A stretch of DNA of 63,964 bases, the filler included, from Intoshia linei (lineage: Eukaryota; Animalia; Orthonectida), in NCBI GenBank assembly GCA_001642005.1. It is 6 parts of 6 records of this genome, joined end to end, with 100 filler letters (N's around TTAATTAATTAA, not from the genome) between each part and the next. Parts side by side here need not be neighbours in the genome. Positions count along the whole stretch, not along the records: positions 45,985 to 61,251 come from LWCA01000921.1; positions 61,352 to 62,862 come from LWCA01002625.1; positions 62,963 to 63,964 come from LWCA01002861.1; 3 more parts are not named here. One strand, 5' to 3'. The position numbers were made by a program, and so were the translations under genes. Position 1 is the stretch's first letter, and the number at the start of each line of letters is the position of its first letter. The notes beneath the pieces are model-generated. The model had not been told where the DNA came from and made no database searches. It saw only the letters and a list, made by a program, of their open reading frames with translations. Positions 50,069 to 63,964 of the stretch are shown here, one piece after another.

Positions 50069-53000
50069 ATGTTTTTATTTTTGTTTCTGTTTCAACCGAT
50101 TGTGGGTAAGAAATTTTATATTTATAAAGTTATGACATTATTTTAGCTGAAACTTGTCAAATATTTGGAAATCCTAGTAATCATCTTTTCATTGAAAATA
50201 TTCCGGAATCTACAAAAATTGGTAATTATAACTATTTTATATTTATAGGTAAAATGTACATTGTACATTATCTAGACATTTAAATGTTTACCTTTTAAGC
50301 GGCAGGTATAAATTTACAAGTTGTAGATACGCTTCAATGTTAATTGTTGATAATTCCACCAATTTTTCTAAAAAATGACAGATTACTATTCTATCAATAT
50401 TTAACTTTGTAGATTTTGTTATATCAAATTGAGTAGCTTTATTTAATTTGTTAATTGTTTAAAATTATAATCAATTTTAATTCAAATTTTTTCTGGATTT
50501 TAAAAATTTTAAATTGTAAAAAAAATTAGATAACAATGTGCCTTAAATTTTTTTCCACGTGCAAATTTGGGACCATCTAATTTTTTCAATTATGTGTTTT
50601 TTTACCCCTCACATTAGCGATTAAAAAAGGAAAACACGTGATAGCATAATTTAATGTTTAACGGTACAAAGAGGAATGTAGACTTGATAAAAATTGAAAG
50701 GTTGAAAAAAATTTTTGATCGCATACTTTTATACATCACTAAAAATGTCATAATTATTGAACAATTAAATTCAAAATTCAATAATTATTATAATAAACTA
50801 TGCTTTTTCTTTTTAGTTTTTATACTTTGTAAATTTTAACTAAAAATTTATGCTTCATAAAATTTAAAGATTTAACGGTTTAATTACTTTCGATTATATC
50901 AAAAATATAACGGTAATAATCGTAAAATTTAGCTATATACCCTCGTTTAATTGTATTAATTAATTATTCAATTATTACATTGTAACCAGTCAGTAGTTTA
51001 AAGTTTCAGAATTAAAGTCAACCTCTGCACACTGTGGAGTGCACAATGGTTCAAACAACTTTTAAATTAGAACATGAATTTAATCGGTTTTACAATGAAA
51101 ATAATTAGATTCACAATGTAGTTTTAGTATGTATGATTACATGAGTTCTTCTTAACCCTTATCAATAAATTCTCATTTTTTGTAAATCAAATTATATGAA
51201 AAATCTTTAAAATTGTCGAATACTTCGTTTGAAATGTAATTATTACTTAATTCCGTTAATAAAAATTTTCAGTGATTTGAATGTACATTATACATTGTGT
51301 ATTACTGGATTATGTTACTAATTTTATTAACTTTCAATAATTTAAAAAAAATGTAAAATTTTTTTATTATATCTCCTCCTCTGAGAAATTCTCTAACGAA
51401 AAATAGATGTATCCCTATTTAGTATTACCAGAAAAAAGTAGTAATAAGTGGAGCCTCCACGATACACCAATTATTTTATTCGCCAAAAAAACAGTTGCTC
51501 TGATTTTCATAAAAAATCTTCGTTAATCTAAAGTCGCCCGAAAAAATACATACTATCAATTTTAGTTTATTTGGTGTTAAATGTAAAGCCAAAACTACTT
51601 ATCTATGATGACGAATAAAAATTTTCGGCTTAAAATTTATTCCAAATAAACTAAAAGTGATAGTACATATTTTTCTGGTCACTTTAGTTAATCGCTAATA
51701 ATATTTCAACATATATAATAAAAATAAAAATTCATACCTTGGTCCCCCATGTTAATAAAATCCAAAAAAATTGAGCTAGAAACAAATTTAAAAAAATAAA
51801 CTGTATAACTAAACATGGAGAACAATATTATAAAGTCGGTACCACCTTTAAAAGCTCAAACGCCAATTTACGTTAAAATAAAGTTCAGTTTTTATTTTCT
51901 TATATTTTTAAAGTGGTATTTAAAATGACAAACGCAACTCGAATATATAGCGTTAAATGTTTTTGATTGCGAATTAGTTTTTCTATTTTAAAAATACACA
52001 CTTTTAGTACTAATTGCCCATCAAATTCTAAAAATTTTCGAAAAAATGTGACACCCTAGTGTACAGACCCACATTTCAAAATATTTTTTTTTTGGACCGC
52101 AAAGGAAACATGAAATATAAAACATTTATGAAAAAATTAAAGGTTTTTTCTCATAAGATTTGGTAAAATCGTATTTTTCAAAAAAATATTGCAAAAAGGG
52201 GATTAATCCATTAAGGTTTAATAAAATTAGATTTTTATTTTGGTTTTTGGATTAGGAAGTCGTTGCTCATAAGATTTGATAAAATCGTGTTTTTGAAAAA
52301 AATATTGGAAAAAGGGATTTTTTCCGTAGGGTTTGAAAATGTATTTTTTATTATGTTTTTTTAATGTTGAGATAAAATTAGTATTTTTGACATAATAATG
52401 TAGCGGTTGTCTAGGTTTTGGGATAAATTCCCAACATCTGGCAATTCTGTGATAAATATTTAAAATTCTAATTAAAATAAACAATACATACATGAATAAG
52501 TAGTTGATAATAATTTTTTTATACTAATGTGAATCTCACGGATCCCAATCGGCAACCACTATTCTGTAGTAATACAAATTTTCTAACAATTTCCAAGAAA
52601 CTGGTTATATAATTCACGAAAATTTTTAAATTCTCGATATTGGCAAATAGTGATGGCAGTGCCGAACCTCCAAGCTCGGCCCGAAAATGAAAAAAAATCA
52701 TATAAAAAAAATTTTCGCATATGATGCGTAGTGTCACATATCCCTAGTTATCTCTCCAAATCTCATGACTTGTAACATTAAATTACCACATAAAATAGTT
52801 TGATATTCAAGACTTTTTAATATTCAATTTTGAAAAATGAGCCCTTATTTTACAAAAAATTGTCTAACTAACGGTTCCAGAATATTAAAAAACAGAAATT
52901 GACAAGTAAATGTTTCTTGTTTATACGATACATTTCCATTTCTGTAACTGTCACCTTCACGGTTAAAAATGCAAATTACCATTCTATACTCTTTTTTTAT

Positions 53001-56000
53001 TTATTATTCATAAAAATAAAAAATATTCCGAAATAATAATACAAGTCCGAATTTACAATGTATTAATATTCCTGCATTATACATTATTATTGTTTAATAT
53101 ACATATCAAGCATCAGCTAACAAGTTAAAAATAAAATGTCAAGCTCATTTAATCACGTGTGAAAAATGAATCAGTAGCAATGTTAGCACAATACTATATA
53201 CTTGAAAATAATTGAATGATGAAGCATACTATTATGATTAAATGTATTGATAGGTTCAGTCATCGGCCATGTTGACATATCTGGTAAAAATAACGAGATG
53301 GAGTTGAATCAAGTAAAAGGAAACTCGACAATAATATTCAACTCAATTGAAAAAAGTCTAACTCTTGCATCAGCGTTGGACCGTGAAAGTTATTCTAGAC
53401 TACGTGTTGAAATACTCTGTCGCCCACTAACTACTTTTGGAGAAGTAATTTTAAATTTGATAAATTTATTTACATTTGTTAATGACACGTTAAACGATTT
53501 GAAAGGTAAAATATAAAGTTGCTCATTTATTACTGTCAAGTCAATTCTAGACATTTTAATAAATTACCTATTGTATTATTTACATGTCATTTAAAAAATT
53601 CAACATTTTAAATGACTTTATTACAATCAATTTCATTTCAATTTTTATAAAAGTAGTTATGGCATATGACTTGCGGCTATTTTTTGAATTGTGATATATA
53701 TTGTATTGTACAAATTTTATAGTACAAAAATGTAAAGATTAAAAACTTGATATGTTGAATGTGTCATAAAATTTAAATAAAATATTTTATAAAATTATCA
53801 AGTTGATTGTTTAATTCTTTTATAAAAAATTTAAATCAATTAAGTCATAAATTTTAAAAATATTTTAATTTTGTACTTTTTAACGTTTTTATTGGTTTTA
53901 ATTGTTTGTAGATTGATTTTTATTTTTCCAAATCGTTAAATTTTTCTTAATTATAATTTATTTTGTATTTTTCCGATTAATTTATAATTTTGATTTATAT
54001 TTATAACGAAACTTTGGTTCAATGCATTTTTCATTGAAATGAATCGAAATGCAATCAATGATATCATGAAGTGTTAACTTGTGTTTGCGTTTACTTTTTA
54101 TTGTATGTTTTTTTTCATTTCTGAAATTAATTATGAAATACATAGTATGCATAAGTGATTACATGCAATTTTTAAACATCAAAGAAAAATGTTATACATT
54201 TCATTAAAATTTAAATTTAATATCAATTAAAATGTAATTTTACAAAGCAAAACTCAATTTACCATTTTTATGATTTGTTAAATTTTTAAATGTTATACAT
54301 AAAAATGTATTTTTAGTTCAAGATAATTGTAGATATAATAGTATCAGATTCTAATGATAATAGACCCAAATTTTCTAAAGAAATTTATGAAATAACGATA
54401 AGTGAGGTAATTTAATTTATAATGGTTAATAATAATATGTTAATATAAATTATATGCATTTGATTAATCAATATTAATCGGTGGTTTGAATGATGTATCG
54501 CTGTAGGGAATCAAATTATGTGTGTTTTTTTACTTTTTTGACATTTTTTGTTTAGGCACGTTATTCCACAATCTATGTTGTATAAAATTCTAGGATTTTT
54601 TTCAATTCAAAAAAAAAAAGGGTGATTTTGGTTTTTTCCGAGAAGGTATAAGATTTTGACGCCTTCATGGTCAAAAAAGCATTTTAGTTTCATATATTTT
54701 TTTCCGAAATATTTTAATAAAACACAAAATATTTTTTTTAAATTTAAATTTATGATAATTTTTATGATATTAAAATCCTTATCAGCGTATATATTTTTTT
54801 AAATTCTCCAACTCTTTTGATTTTCAAAAAGAAGGACAATTGAGGTTTTTGACCCGTAAGATGTGAGTTTGGGAGGTTGAAATTTATCTTATCATACGTC
54901 CCGGAAAAAACTGTATTGAAATGTGGACTTTATAAAATTCTAAGACTGGTAGTTATTTCAATAAAGTGGTACAAACACACACACAAACAAAAATCGCGTA
55001 GCATATATAAGTAAGGATTGAAATTTAAATTTAATTTCAATTATGTAATTATTTGCATTTTTGGTTAAAAACACAAATTTCAAACTCTATCAAATTTGAA
55101 AAATTTGACTTCATTTTTTTATTAGAATAAATTAATTAATTAAAATATTGATTCAAGAACCCTTAAAATTCTAAATAATAATTATAATATTACTGAAATT
55201 CAGTCAGCTGCGTACGATGTACGCCGTACCTGTATAAAATGAATCTTCTGTTTAAATCCATAATTTAGTTAACTTTACCAAACACTGTCATCATTAACGA
55301 TATTATTGCAACGGATTCAGATGAAGACAATGCATTTGTTCAATACACTCTTGGAGACGGAAAATATTCGGTTTTTATTTTTATACATGTACTAGGTTTA
55401 CTGTTATGTACTACGTACAAAATGCACCTAGCTCTGCCGAGGGGACATTTTTATTATATCAAAATTATTTATCAATAATTAACGAAATCTTCACTTTATA
55501 AACATATTTGAGTCGAATTTTACCAATATTGCAAAGGATTGTAATAAATATAAAAATGATATTAACAAAGTTGTATTACTTTTAGTTTCGTTGTTGTAGT
55601 TTCTATTTAAATTTTATTAAAAATGTTTTGAAAATGAGATTTTGAAATTTAAAAATTGCGTAGCAATGAAAAAAATTGTTGAAAGAGAAAGATGAAAAAG
55701 ATGTGAGTTTGGGAGATTGAAATTTATTTTGCTGTAAAGCTAGCTGCAGTTTGTAGAACGTATAAAACAGTCAAAATAGTTAATTAAATTTTTAGGAGTA
55801 TTTATCAATACCAAATAAATATGTTGGAGAGGCAGTATTAACTAAAATGGTGGATTACGAAAAAATTAAATATATGAGTTTTATTATTATTGCTACGGTT
55901 TATTTTTACTTATTTATTAATTATAATTTATAAATTATAATAAAATATATTAAATCTTTAATATTATCAAATCTCTAGGATTCCCCATTTGACGAAACTG

Positions 56001-59000
56001 AAAAAAGATATCAATCTACAGCAGAGTTAATTGTTCACATCAAAAATATTGACGATGTAAATCCGATATTTAATAGCAATCATTATCACAGTGTTATGCC
56101 ACTTGGGTTTAAACCGGTAATTATTATATATCAGTTTTATTTTTTAAAATTGTTCATTTAAAATTAATATATTAATATTATCAATAATATATAAATAGTA
56201 GTATTATTATTAATTAAAAATACAAATTTACAAGTTTAATTTTAGTACGAAAAGTTGAAAGTCTATCCTCAAATTTCAGCTTATGATGGAGATAAAGATA
56301 TGAATGAAGCAATTAATTACAAAATATTGGATTATTCCAATTCTGGTATTTTATTGCACTCATTTATTTATTGATATTTTATTAATGTCATTTCATATGT
56401 CTAAGTTTTTGACCACTCATCAATGATGAGTCATCATGTTTGTCATCAATTGGGCAAAATTATTATTTGACTTTTAAAACGATTGCAAACATTGGATATA
56501 TAATATTAAAGTAAAGTGACCATACATATGAAAAAGGATTTAGGCCGGGTCTTTGTAATCATGTGAGTTTAAAATTATTGATAAAACATTGAAAAGGAAA
56601 AATTTTCAAAATCTGTCACAGAATTTGTAGTTGTTAAAATATTGGAAATAATGGTTATTTAAATAAGTGGTTATAGCATTATAATTTATATTACAGAGGA
56701 TTATATAATGTTTTTAGACAAATATTTCACGATCCACCCAAAAACCGGTGAAATTACACTAATTAAATCAATTGATACTACTATAGACTACAATTTATTT
56801 GTTCGGGTATTTAAAATAATACAATAAAATATATAGAAGTGTTCAATTGATATATTTATTTTTAAAATTTAAAAAATGTACTTTAAGGGTATTTTTTTGT
56901 TACAAATGGAACGTTGATATTGAATAAAAAATAATCTTGAAACCCAGATTTATAGTTTCTAATAATCATTACCACAAATTCCCTGAAAATGATAATAATA
57001 TATATAATAATAATATATCTACTACATGTTGAAATGTTCAATATAACGTGATTAATCTAAGCCTTAGATTCTAAGATTATAATTATAGGCATTTCAAAAC
57101 AATGACGAAACAAAATATAGTGATGCAATTGTTAGTGTCACTACATATTTAAAACAAAATACAACCCTATGGTTATTAAAAAATGATTACCATGTAAATC
57201 TTGCTGAAAATTCAAAAATAGGAACTTATGTGACAACTATTGAAGGTTTTCCTAAAAACATGGTAATATTTAATTTCGATCTAATCGTATCTTATTCATT
57301 ATGTTTAGATTAATTTTAAAATTGTGAATGATACAAATTACTTTGTTATTGACACTGAAAGGTAATTTAAATATTAATTTTACTCGATTAATAAAAAAAA
57401 TTAGTGGTGTCATTACAGTTAATGATGTTATTGATTATGAAAAAATAACGTTCATTTCATTCAAAGTTTTGGCGGAATTAAAAAAACAGGTAATCATTAA
57501 ACTTTATTAAATTATCAATATCATTAATTATTATCATGTTTCAACAATGATATAGGGCTATATCCTTATTTTTGTGAGTTATACTAAATGATTACGTTAC
57601 TGAGGTTGTTAACGTTTCAAAAAATATTTTAATTTTGTTCGGACTACGGGATTTCTATTATACTTTTATGGACGGTTTTTTTGAATTACGTTGACAAAAG
57701 CTGATACTGGAATTCCTAGTTTAAATGATTTATATGTACGAGTATTAACTAGGGCTAGCATTTTACCGAATAAATTTTTACGGATAAATTTTGTAAATAT
57801 CAAAACTAATTTAATCTGTGTGATTTATTTACATTATTTTTTTGAAATGGTATTTTAAGAATATCATTGCATTAACAATTTCTGCAGATACTCTTGACGA
57901 TCTTTATCCTTACTTATATAATATGCTTTGCAATATTTGTTTGTGTGTGTGTTACCGTTTATTTCAATAACTATCAGTCTTAGAATTTTATAAAGTTTAC
58001 ATTTCAATTACAGTTTTTTGCTGGAAATATAATAAGTTAAATTTCAACTTCCCAAACTTACATCTTACTGATCAAAAAGCCGAATCGTCATTTTTTTGAA
58101 AATCAAGAGTTGGAGAATTTCAAAAAATATATACGCTGATAATTATTTTAATATCATGAACATTATCATAAATTTAAATTTAAAAAAATTATATCTTCAG
58201 GGCCAAAACCCCAAATGACCCTTATTTTTAATGAAAAAAGCTCTAGAATTAAATAAATTTACAGGTGGTACAGTTGTATCCTGTTAACAAACACAAAAAA
58301 TTTTAATCTGAATAAGTGACGCCTTCACGGTCAAAAAAAACATTTTAGTATTCATATATTTTTGTTCCGAAATATTTTATTAAAACTAAAAATTGTTGAT
58401 TGATTATTGCTTACTATACTTACATAAGGTTAAGAATAATATTAAAAAACTATTGTTGAAAATTAATATATTAATTTAAACACAAATATTTAGAAAGAGT
58501 TAATCACTGTTCGAGTTGACGTTATCAATGAAAATGACAATAATCCCTATTTTACTGTTAAAGACTATAATCTTTATATGGATGTACCAAAACTGAAATT
58601 AGGCATGAACAATACGATTTTTACCATAAGCGTATACTTTAATTAAATTTAAAAAAATTTTATAGTCAATTACCTATTAAATAAATATTAATTAATTACA
58701 ATCAAATAGGCATTAGACCAAGACAGTAAATCAAATGTTACATATTCGTTAGATGGACCTCAGTAATATAAAATGAATAATGTTAATAATTATGCATTTA
58801 GAAACTTTAAAATAGACAAAATTAGCGGGAAAATTACATATTTCTATATTAAAAATCAAACAGAATTGATTGATAACCGTATTTTTACCTTATTGGTACA
58901 CGCACATGACAATGGTGTACCGCCACGTACCACCATGACATTAGTACCGGTAAAAATAATAAATGGACATAAAAAGGATGATACATTAAACCCAAGAAAT

Positions 59001-60022
59001 ATGTCAATTACAGGGATCCGTGTAGCCAATAAAGGGAAACGGTTCGGCAATGAAATAATTGACATGTCAATGAATCAAGATGGAAATTCTCATATATTAC
59101 TTGAATCAAACAATAAATACCTCTTGATATTTCTGTTTTCTTTAAGCTTTGTATTGTTTCTCTTCATTATAACCGTCGTTATAATTGTTATTAAAAAAAG
59201 GTAGTTTTATCATGTTTTTAAATGTAATCAACAATTTTATAGGAACCAAAGGAAAATGTCTTCATTGGAAATATTGCGTGAAATGGCTTATGGAAACTCT
59301 GTAGATTGTACTAGCAGTGGAATACACAGTGATGCTAGTCCAAGTCAAAAAGTACCATTAGATAAAAACCCATTCATGTTTCACGTTACACATAAAAATA
59401 ATAATTCACCTAAAACCATATCAGATGTATCATACCATGGTACAATGTACGATACCGAATCACTTAAAGATTCGCTTTATAAGTGCGAAATTGATAAAAA
59501 TATCAAAGAATATTATAATAAGAGAAATTTTGCTCTCTATAGAACTCTACCATTTTATTCAAACATGAAACCTCAAGAAACTAATGATAAACTTAACCTT
59601 ACAAATGACATTGAAGTTTCACCGCATAAACCTCTTTCTTACACGTCATCTTATTTCACTTCACCTCAATTCAGTTCAGAAACAAATGAACCTCAGTATG
59701 AACCTATTAGAGATTCTGAAGATTTAGTTAAAACAAGAAATCTTAAATCACCCGCTACGCAATATTTTGAAAATTTTGAACGTGGCAATACTTTTTCACC
59801 TTCCAATCTTTATGCTCAATCTACTAAAATCAAGGTTTTTTTTATTATGTATTATTACTCTACGCAGATACCAACTGAAAATTTGAGTAATATTAGATTG
59901 CCAAGCCCGGTAAATTTGGTCTCCGTAGATTTTAACACTATGATTTTTTCTTTTGTTTTAATTAATCATGAAAATTTTAGAAACGATTAGAACACAATAG
60001 ACTACCTTCAAGCAAATTTTAA
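50069..60022 (+). CDS. Cadherin-related protein (Cad99C/PCDH15-like): about 5 EC repeats, one TM helix, Ser/Tyr-rich tail
   Basis: Signal MFLFLFLFQPIVA; calcium-linker motifs LDRE, DSNDNRPKF, ATDSD, VDYE, NIDDVNPIF, AYDGD, NENDNNPYF, AHDNGVPP; TM YLLIFLFSLSFVLFLFIITVVIIVI; ends RLPSSKF*. Confidence 0.9.
54580..55017 (-). mobile_element. Helitron copy in a cadherin intron (further copies at 55392-55735 minus and 57907-58392 plus)
   Basis: Family core sequence and termini. Confidence 0.8.
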
Positions 60023-60469
60023 ATGTAAATGTTTATTCATTTAATTGTAAATAAATGTTACAAATTCAATTTATATTAATTTATAATTAATAATAATATA
60101 CGCCAAAAACTATTGCAGTGCATATTATGCTATCCTAAACATTTATATTATTCATTATAAAATTTAAAAATCATACATTGCAAAATGTATATGATGCTAG
60201 GTTGTCGCAATCATTGTCCCAAAAACATCGACATGCTAGCCTGTTATAAATATATTAGTATCAAAATTTTTTTAAATAATAAGTTACTTTGTTCCCTGTC
60301 CCCTTTGTTCGCAGATGACAATTTGAACAAGATATTTGTATCTATCCTTTTTTACTTCTAAAATTACAATTATTATCTACGTGATAACTCGTATAACTGC
60401 AATGCTGCTGCATTATGCAAGCTTTAGACTATAAAGCATTATTAATTAACTATTATTACTTTAAACTCA

Positions 60470-62185
60470 ATTATTCCATCTTAATTTTTTGTTTTTTAAC
60501 ATTTGCGTAAAGAATTTTATAAACAATTGTTATCCCATTTTTTAATTTATTAGACAGAATGTGTGTATTAGGGGTGTGAATTTTTTCACTTTTTTGCGAA
60601 AATACAAAAGTGCCACCCCATACGTGGAAGATGGGGTTGAATGATACAAAATTATATAAAAAGAATATAAAAAACTCTGGGGCAAAGCACTTCAAAATAT
60701 GAATAATGAGCAAAATTTAATTTACTTTGCATCGTAAATTTCATAGTAATAATTATTTCCATAACAATTAATTTTCAATTTATATTTTTTTATATTTATT
60801 CAGTTTTCTCATTGGAATCGGTTTTTTTATCAATTCGGCGGTCATGATTCGCTAGACGATAATTTTGCGCATCTTTATAGCTATTTGTATAAAAGATTTT
60901 ATATTTAAAATAATATTTTTAAGGAAATAGTCATATATTAGTTAGTGTGAGTAATATATTGTTCAAAACTTTAGATGCGATGTCCCAGGGTTTTTTTAAC
61001 AGTTGAGAGGTAAGATTAGGTGTAAATTGAATATTTTCAAAATGTTCATATGGTAGAAGGGTGGACTTTTGATATAAAAATTCGTTCACATCCCTAGTGT
61101 GTATAATATTAAAAATAAAGTAAAAACAGTCCAATTCTAAAAATTGTCATAAATCTCATAAATTCCAAAAAAAATAAAATTATAAAAACCTATTCTGTCA
61201 TTTCAATGTGATGATATATATTCAGTACCAATTTAATAAATACTTAAAAATNNNNNNNNNNNNNNNNNNNNNNNNNNNNNNNNNNNNNNNNNNNNTTAAT
61301 TAATTAANNNNNNNNNNNNNNNNNNNNNNNNNNNNNNNNNNNNNNNNNNNNTGTGTAGACGTTCAATGCACATTTTTTTTGAAATTGTAGGATTAATATT
61401 TACATCATTTTTATTTTAATCGAAATATTTAAAAAAATATTGGTTGATAATATATTAAAAATTATTTTTCATTGGGAATTCATAGATTTCTCTGGTTGAA
61501 CTTTTGTATTTATATCAACTGGAATAAGCTTTATTAGAATAATTTTTTTTTTAATTTTCGGACCGTTAATTATTTTACATTTTTTGGAAAAAAAATATAT
61601 GAATACTAAAATGCTGTTTTGACCGTGACGTCGTCACTTATTCGGATTGAAATTTTCTGTGTGTGTTAACAGGATACAACTGTACCTACCTGTAAATTTT
61701 TTGAAATTCTAGGGCTGTTTTCATAAAAAAAGAAGGGTAATCAAATTTGTTGAAATTCTAGGGCAGTTTTCATTAAAAAAAAAAAGATTAATTTTGGTTT
61801 TGGCTTTGAAGACATAATTTTTTTAAATTTAAATTTATGGTAATGTTTATGATTTTATAATTCGTATTAGCGTATATATTTTTTTAAATTCTCCAACTCG
61901 TTTGATTTTCAAAAAAAGGACAATCGTGGTTTTTGATCCGTAAGATGTGAAATTGGGAGGTTGAAATTTATTTTATTATACNTCCAACTCGTTTGATTTT
62001 CAAAAAAAGGACAATTGTGGTTTTTGATCCGTAAGATGTGAAATTGGGAGGTTGAAATTTATTTTATTATACGCCCGGAAAGAGAACTGTAATTGAAATG
62101 TGGTATTTAAAAAATTCTAAGACGTGTAGTTATTTAAATAAAGTGGAACACACACACTAACAAAAATTGCGTAGCATATTATATT
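60470..62185 (-). mobile_element. Helitron copy spanning a gap (another fragment at about 63610-63860)
   Basis: Collinear with the 22617-24558 copy. Confidence 0.75.
60569..61096. mobile_element. hAT MITE nested in a Helitron, perfect 8-bp TSD
   Basis: GTGTGTAT|TAGGGGTGTGAA...TTCACATCCCTA|GTGTGTAT. The Helitron sequence resumes after the TSD. Confidence 0.9.
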
Positions 62186-62285
62186 ATATAATTAATATAA
62201 TATAATACATAATATAAGTAAGTACATGTAAGTATATGTATTAATTTTTCGTTATTGCTTTATTATGTTCATAAATATAATTTAG

Positions 62286-62684
62286 TTGAGTCAATTTGTC
62301 AATGCCAAAATTAATCCTTTAAATTCTGTTTTTCTCGGTGGAATTTCTTTTGATTTTGAAGCTTTGGTGAATATGCGATATAAATTTGTATCAAAATTTG
62401 AAATGGTAATATTTGATCATTTTTTTAAAGAGTATTTTTTCAATCTTCATTTATTTATTTTTAGAAATACAATAAATTAGCTGATATTTGTTTGTGCCTT
62501 TATTCTAACCAACCTGAATATATTTTAAAGGCTATTAAAATTAAGAATATATTCATAGACAATCAATATGCTGTAACTACTATGGAATGTATATCTCGCG
62601 TATTTTTTTTTGTTTTTTTTATATACCAGCTTGTCTGTACTTTATATGTAATTTGTACAGGTAATAGCTCTACTATGGCAGACG
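62286..62684 (+). CDS. Three internal exons of an unknown gene, weakly ADP-ribosylglycohydrolase / crystallin-J1-like
   Basis: Phase-0 spliced LSQFVNAK...FEM / KYNKLADICLCLYSNQPEYILKAIKIKNIFIDNQYAVTTMECISR / LVCTLYVICTG. Loose resemblance to KLAPVVALYAGxPE...NNDxAV...ARLL. Confidence 0.35.
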
Positions 62685-63964
62685 GTTCTTGGTATATTAT
62701 TATACTTTATTGAACGTATTAAATTTTTAAATTTTACTAACCCAAAAATTCATTTTTATTAATTTTGTTAAATTATGTAATTTAATTAATTATCTATTAT
62801 ATATATGATAATTATCAGTAATGAATTTTTTTAAAGATTTTTATTTTTTTAGTATAAATTTANNNNNNNNNNNNNNNNNNNNNNNNNNNNNNNNNNNNNN
62901 NNNNNNTTAATTAATTAANNNNNNNNNNNNNNNNNNNNNNNNNNNNNNNNNNNNNNNNNNNNTCAAGATTAATAATACATGTATATTATTTTATTAACCA
63001 CAAAAATTTAAAAAATGGATACACGTTTAAAATTACTGATATACACGATATACCAGGGGTGTCTAACCTTTATAATGCATCGATCGACTAATACATTGAC
63101 GATAAAAATTTTTGTTATTGGAACATATTTTAAAAAAATTGCCTTGCGGAATCCAATAAAAAATGTTTATCTAAATATTATAAGACTTTGACCCAGCGAA
63201 GGGCACACAAAATTAAGGCAGTCATTGATATTTTTGTTTTTTGTATACAAATTAGGTATTTTAATATATAAATTATCATAGAGTTTAATGAACGTTAGAT
63301 TAATTAATGTATAGAGGTTTATTTTTAAAAATTTTGTTATATGGGCCTATACTTTCCATCGAACCCGGGCCTACTACTGGGTCTCCACGATCATTATTAT
63401 GACCAAATCAGCTTTAATTCTTAAATAATATCCGTTTAATTTAAATAACTAGTTAACACTTTATTGTAATTAATATTCTATTAATTGATTTTTAATCAGG
63501 GGTGCACAGTCATTAAGATCAATATTTGGGGTGCATAAATCAAAAAAGGTTAAGAACCACTGATTTAGAGTGTGTATTACACACTAATTATTATAATTAT
63601 TATACATACTGTGTATAACAATAAAAATTAAGTAAAAATAGTCCAATCCTAAAAATTGTCATAAATATTATAAATTCCTTAAAAAATAAAATTATAAAAA
63701 CCTATTTTGTCATTTTCAATGTGATGATCTATATTCAATACCAATTTAATCAATGCTTAAAAATACCAATTATGTATTAATAATTAACCGCATCTTCACT
63801 TTATAAACATATTTCAGTCTAATTTTACAAATATTGCAAAATATTGTAACAAATATTAATAACAAAATTATGAGTGCAATAACTAAATCACTTTTTGTGA
63901 TTTAAGTTTCATTTACTTAATTTTATTACTACTCCATTTAAAATTAAAATTTAATGCCAAAAAG

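Noticed and set aside
49854-50069. 71-aa minus-strand ORF abutting the cadherin start
   Set aside because: Non-ATG start, no consistent splice partners and no motif. It cannot be fully excluded.
60924-60990. Exon-like GNSHILVSVSNILFKTLDAMSQG
   Set aside because: Lies inside the TSD-bounded hAT MITE 60569-61096.
61895-62070. Near-perfect tandem duplication of about 88 bp
   Set aside because: A single N at the junction (61982) points to a contig-overlap artefact.

Overview
Very AT-rich animal genomic scaffold with spliceosomal GT-AG introns, mostly 30-80 nt. The compact architecture would fit a reduced parasitic metazoan such as the orthonectid Intoshia, but that taxon is only my inference. 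Five 100-nt assembly gaps carry a TTAATTAATTAA spacer. By splicing exons manually with phase checks I recover: a SPAG17/PF6-like gene that appears truncated; a divergent UNC80 with a 2.3-kb exon and a 36-nt GC-AG intron; an NWD1/2-type DUF4062 gene starting MGTFCS; an orphan gene; a BORCS5-like gene head-to-head with MRPL44; SNX14, possibly with an unrelated C-terminal extension; the 3' half of an alpha-carbonic anhydrase; an E1/ThiF-like gene; a roughly 5-repeat Cad99C/PCDH15-like cadherin; and a weak ADP-ribosylglycohydrolase-like fragment. Much of the non-coding DNA is one non-autonomous Helitron family (5'-TC, 3' hairpin plus CTAG). Two copies share the same junction with a Chapaev3-like terminus. 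There is also a full-length decayed DD37E/TRT element, Tc1, Chapaev, Tigger and hAT transposase relics, and hAT- and Kolobok-type MITEs. All protein assignments come from remembered motifs, not database searches. I found no clearly new multi-gene system. The best leads are the lipid-anchored NWD gene, the Helitron-Chapaev junction, the degenerate splice donors and several apparently partial genes.
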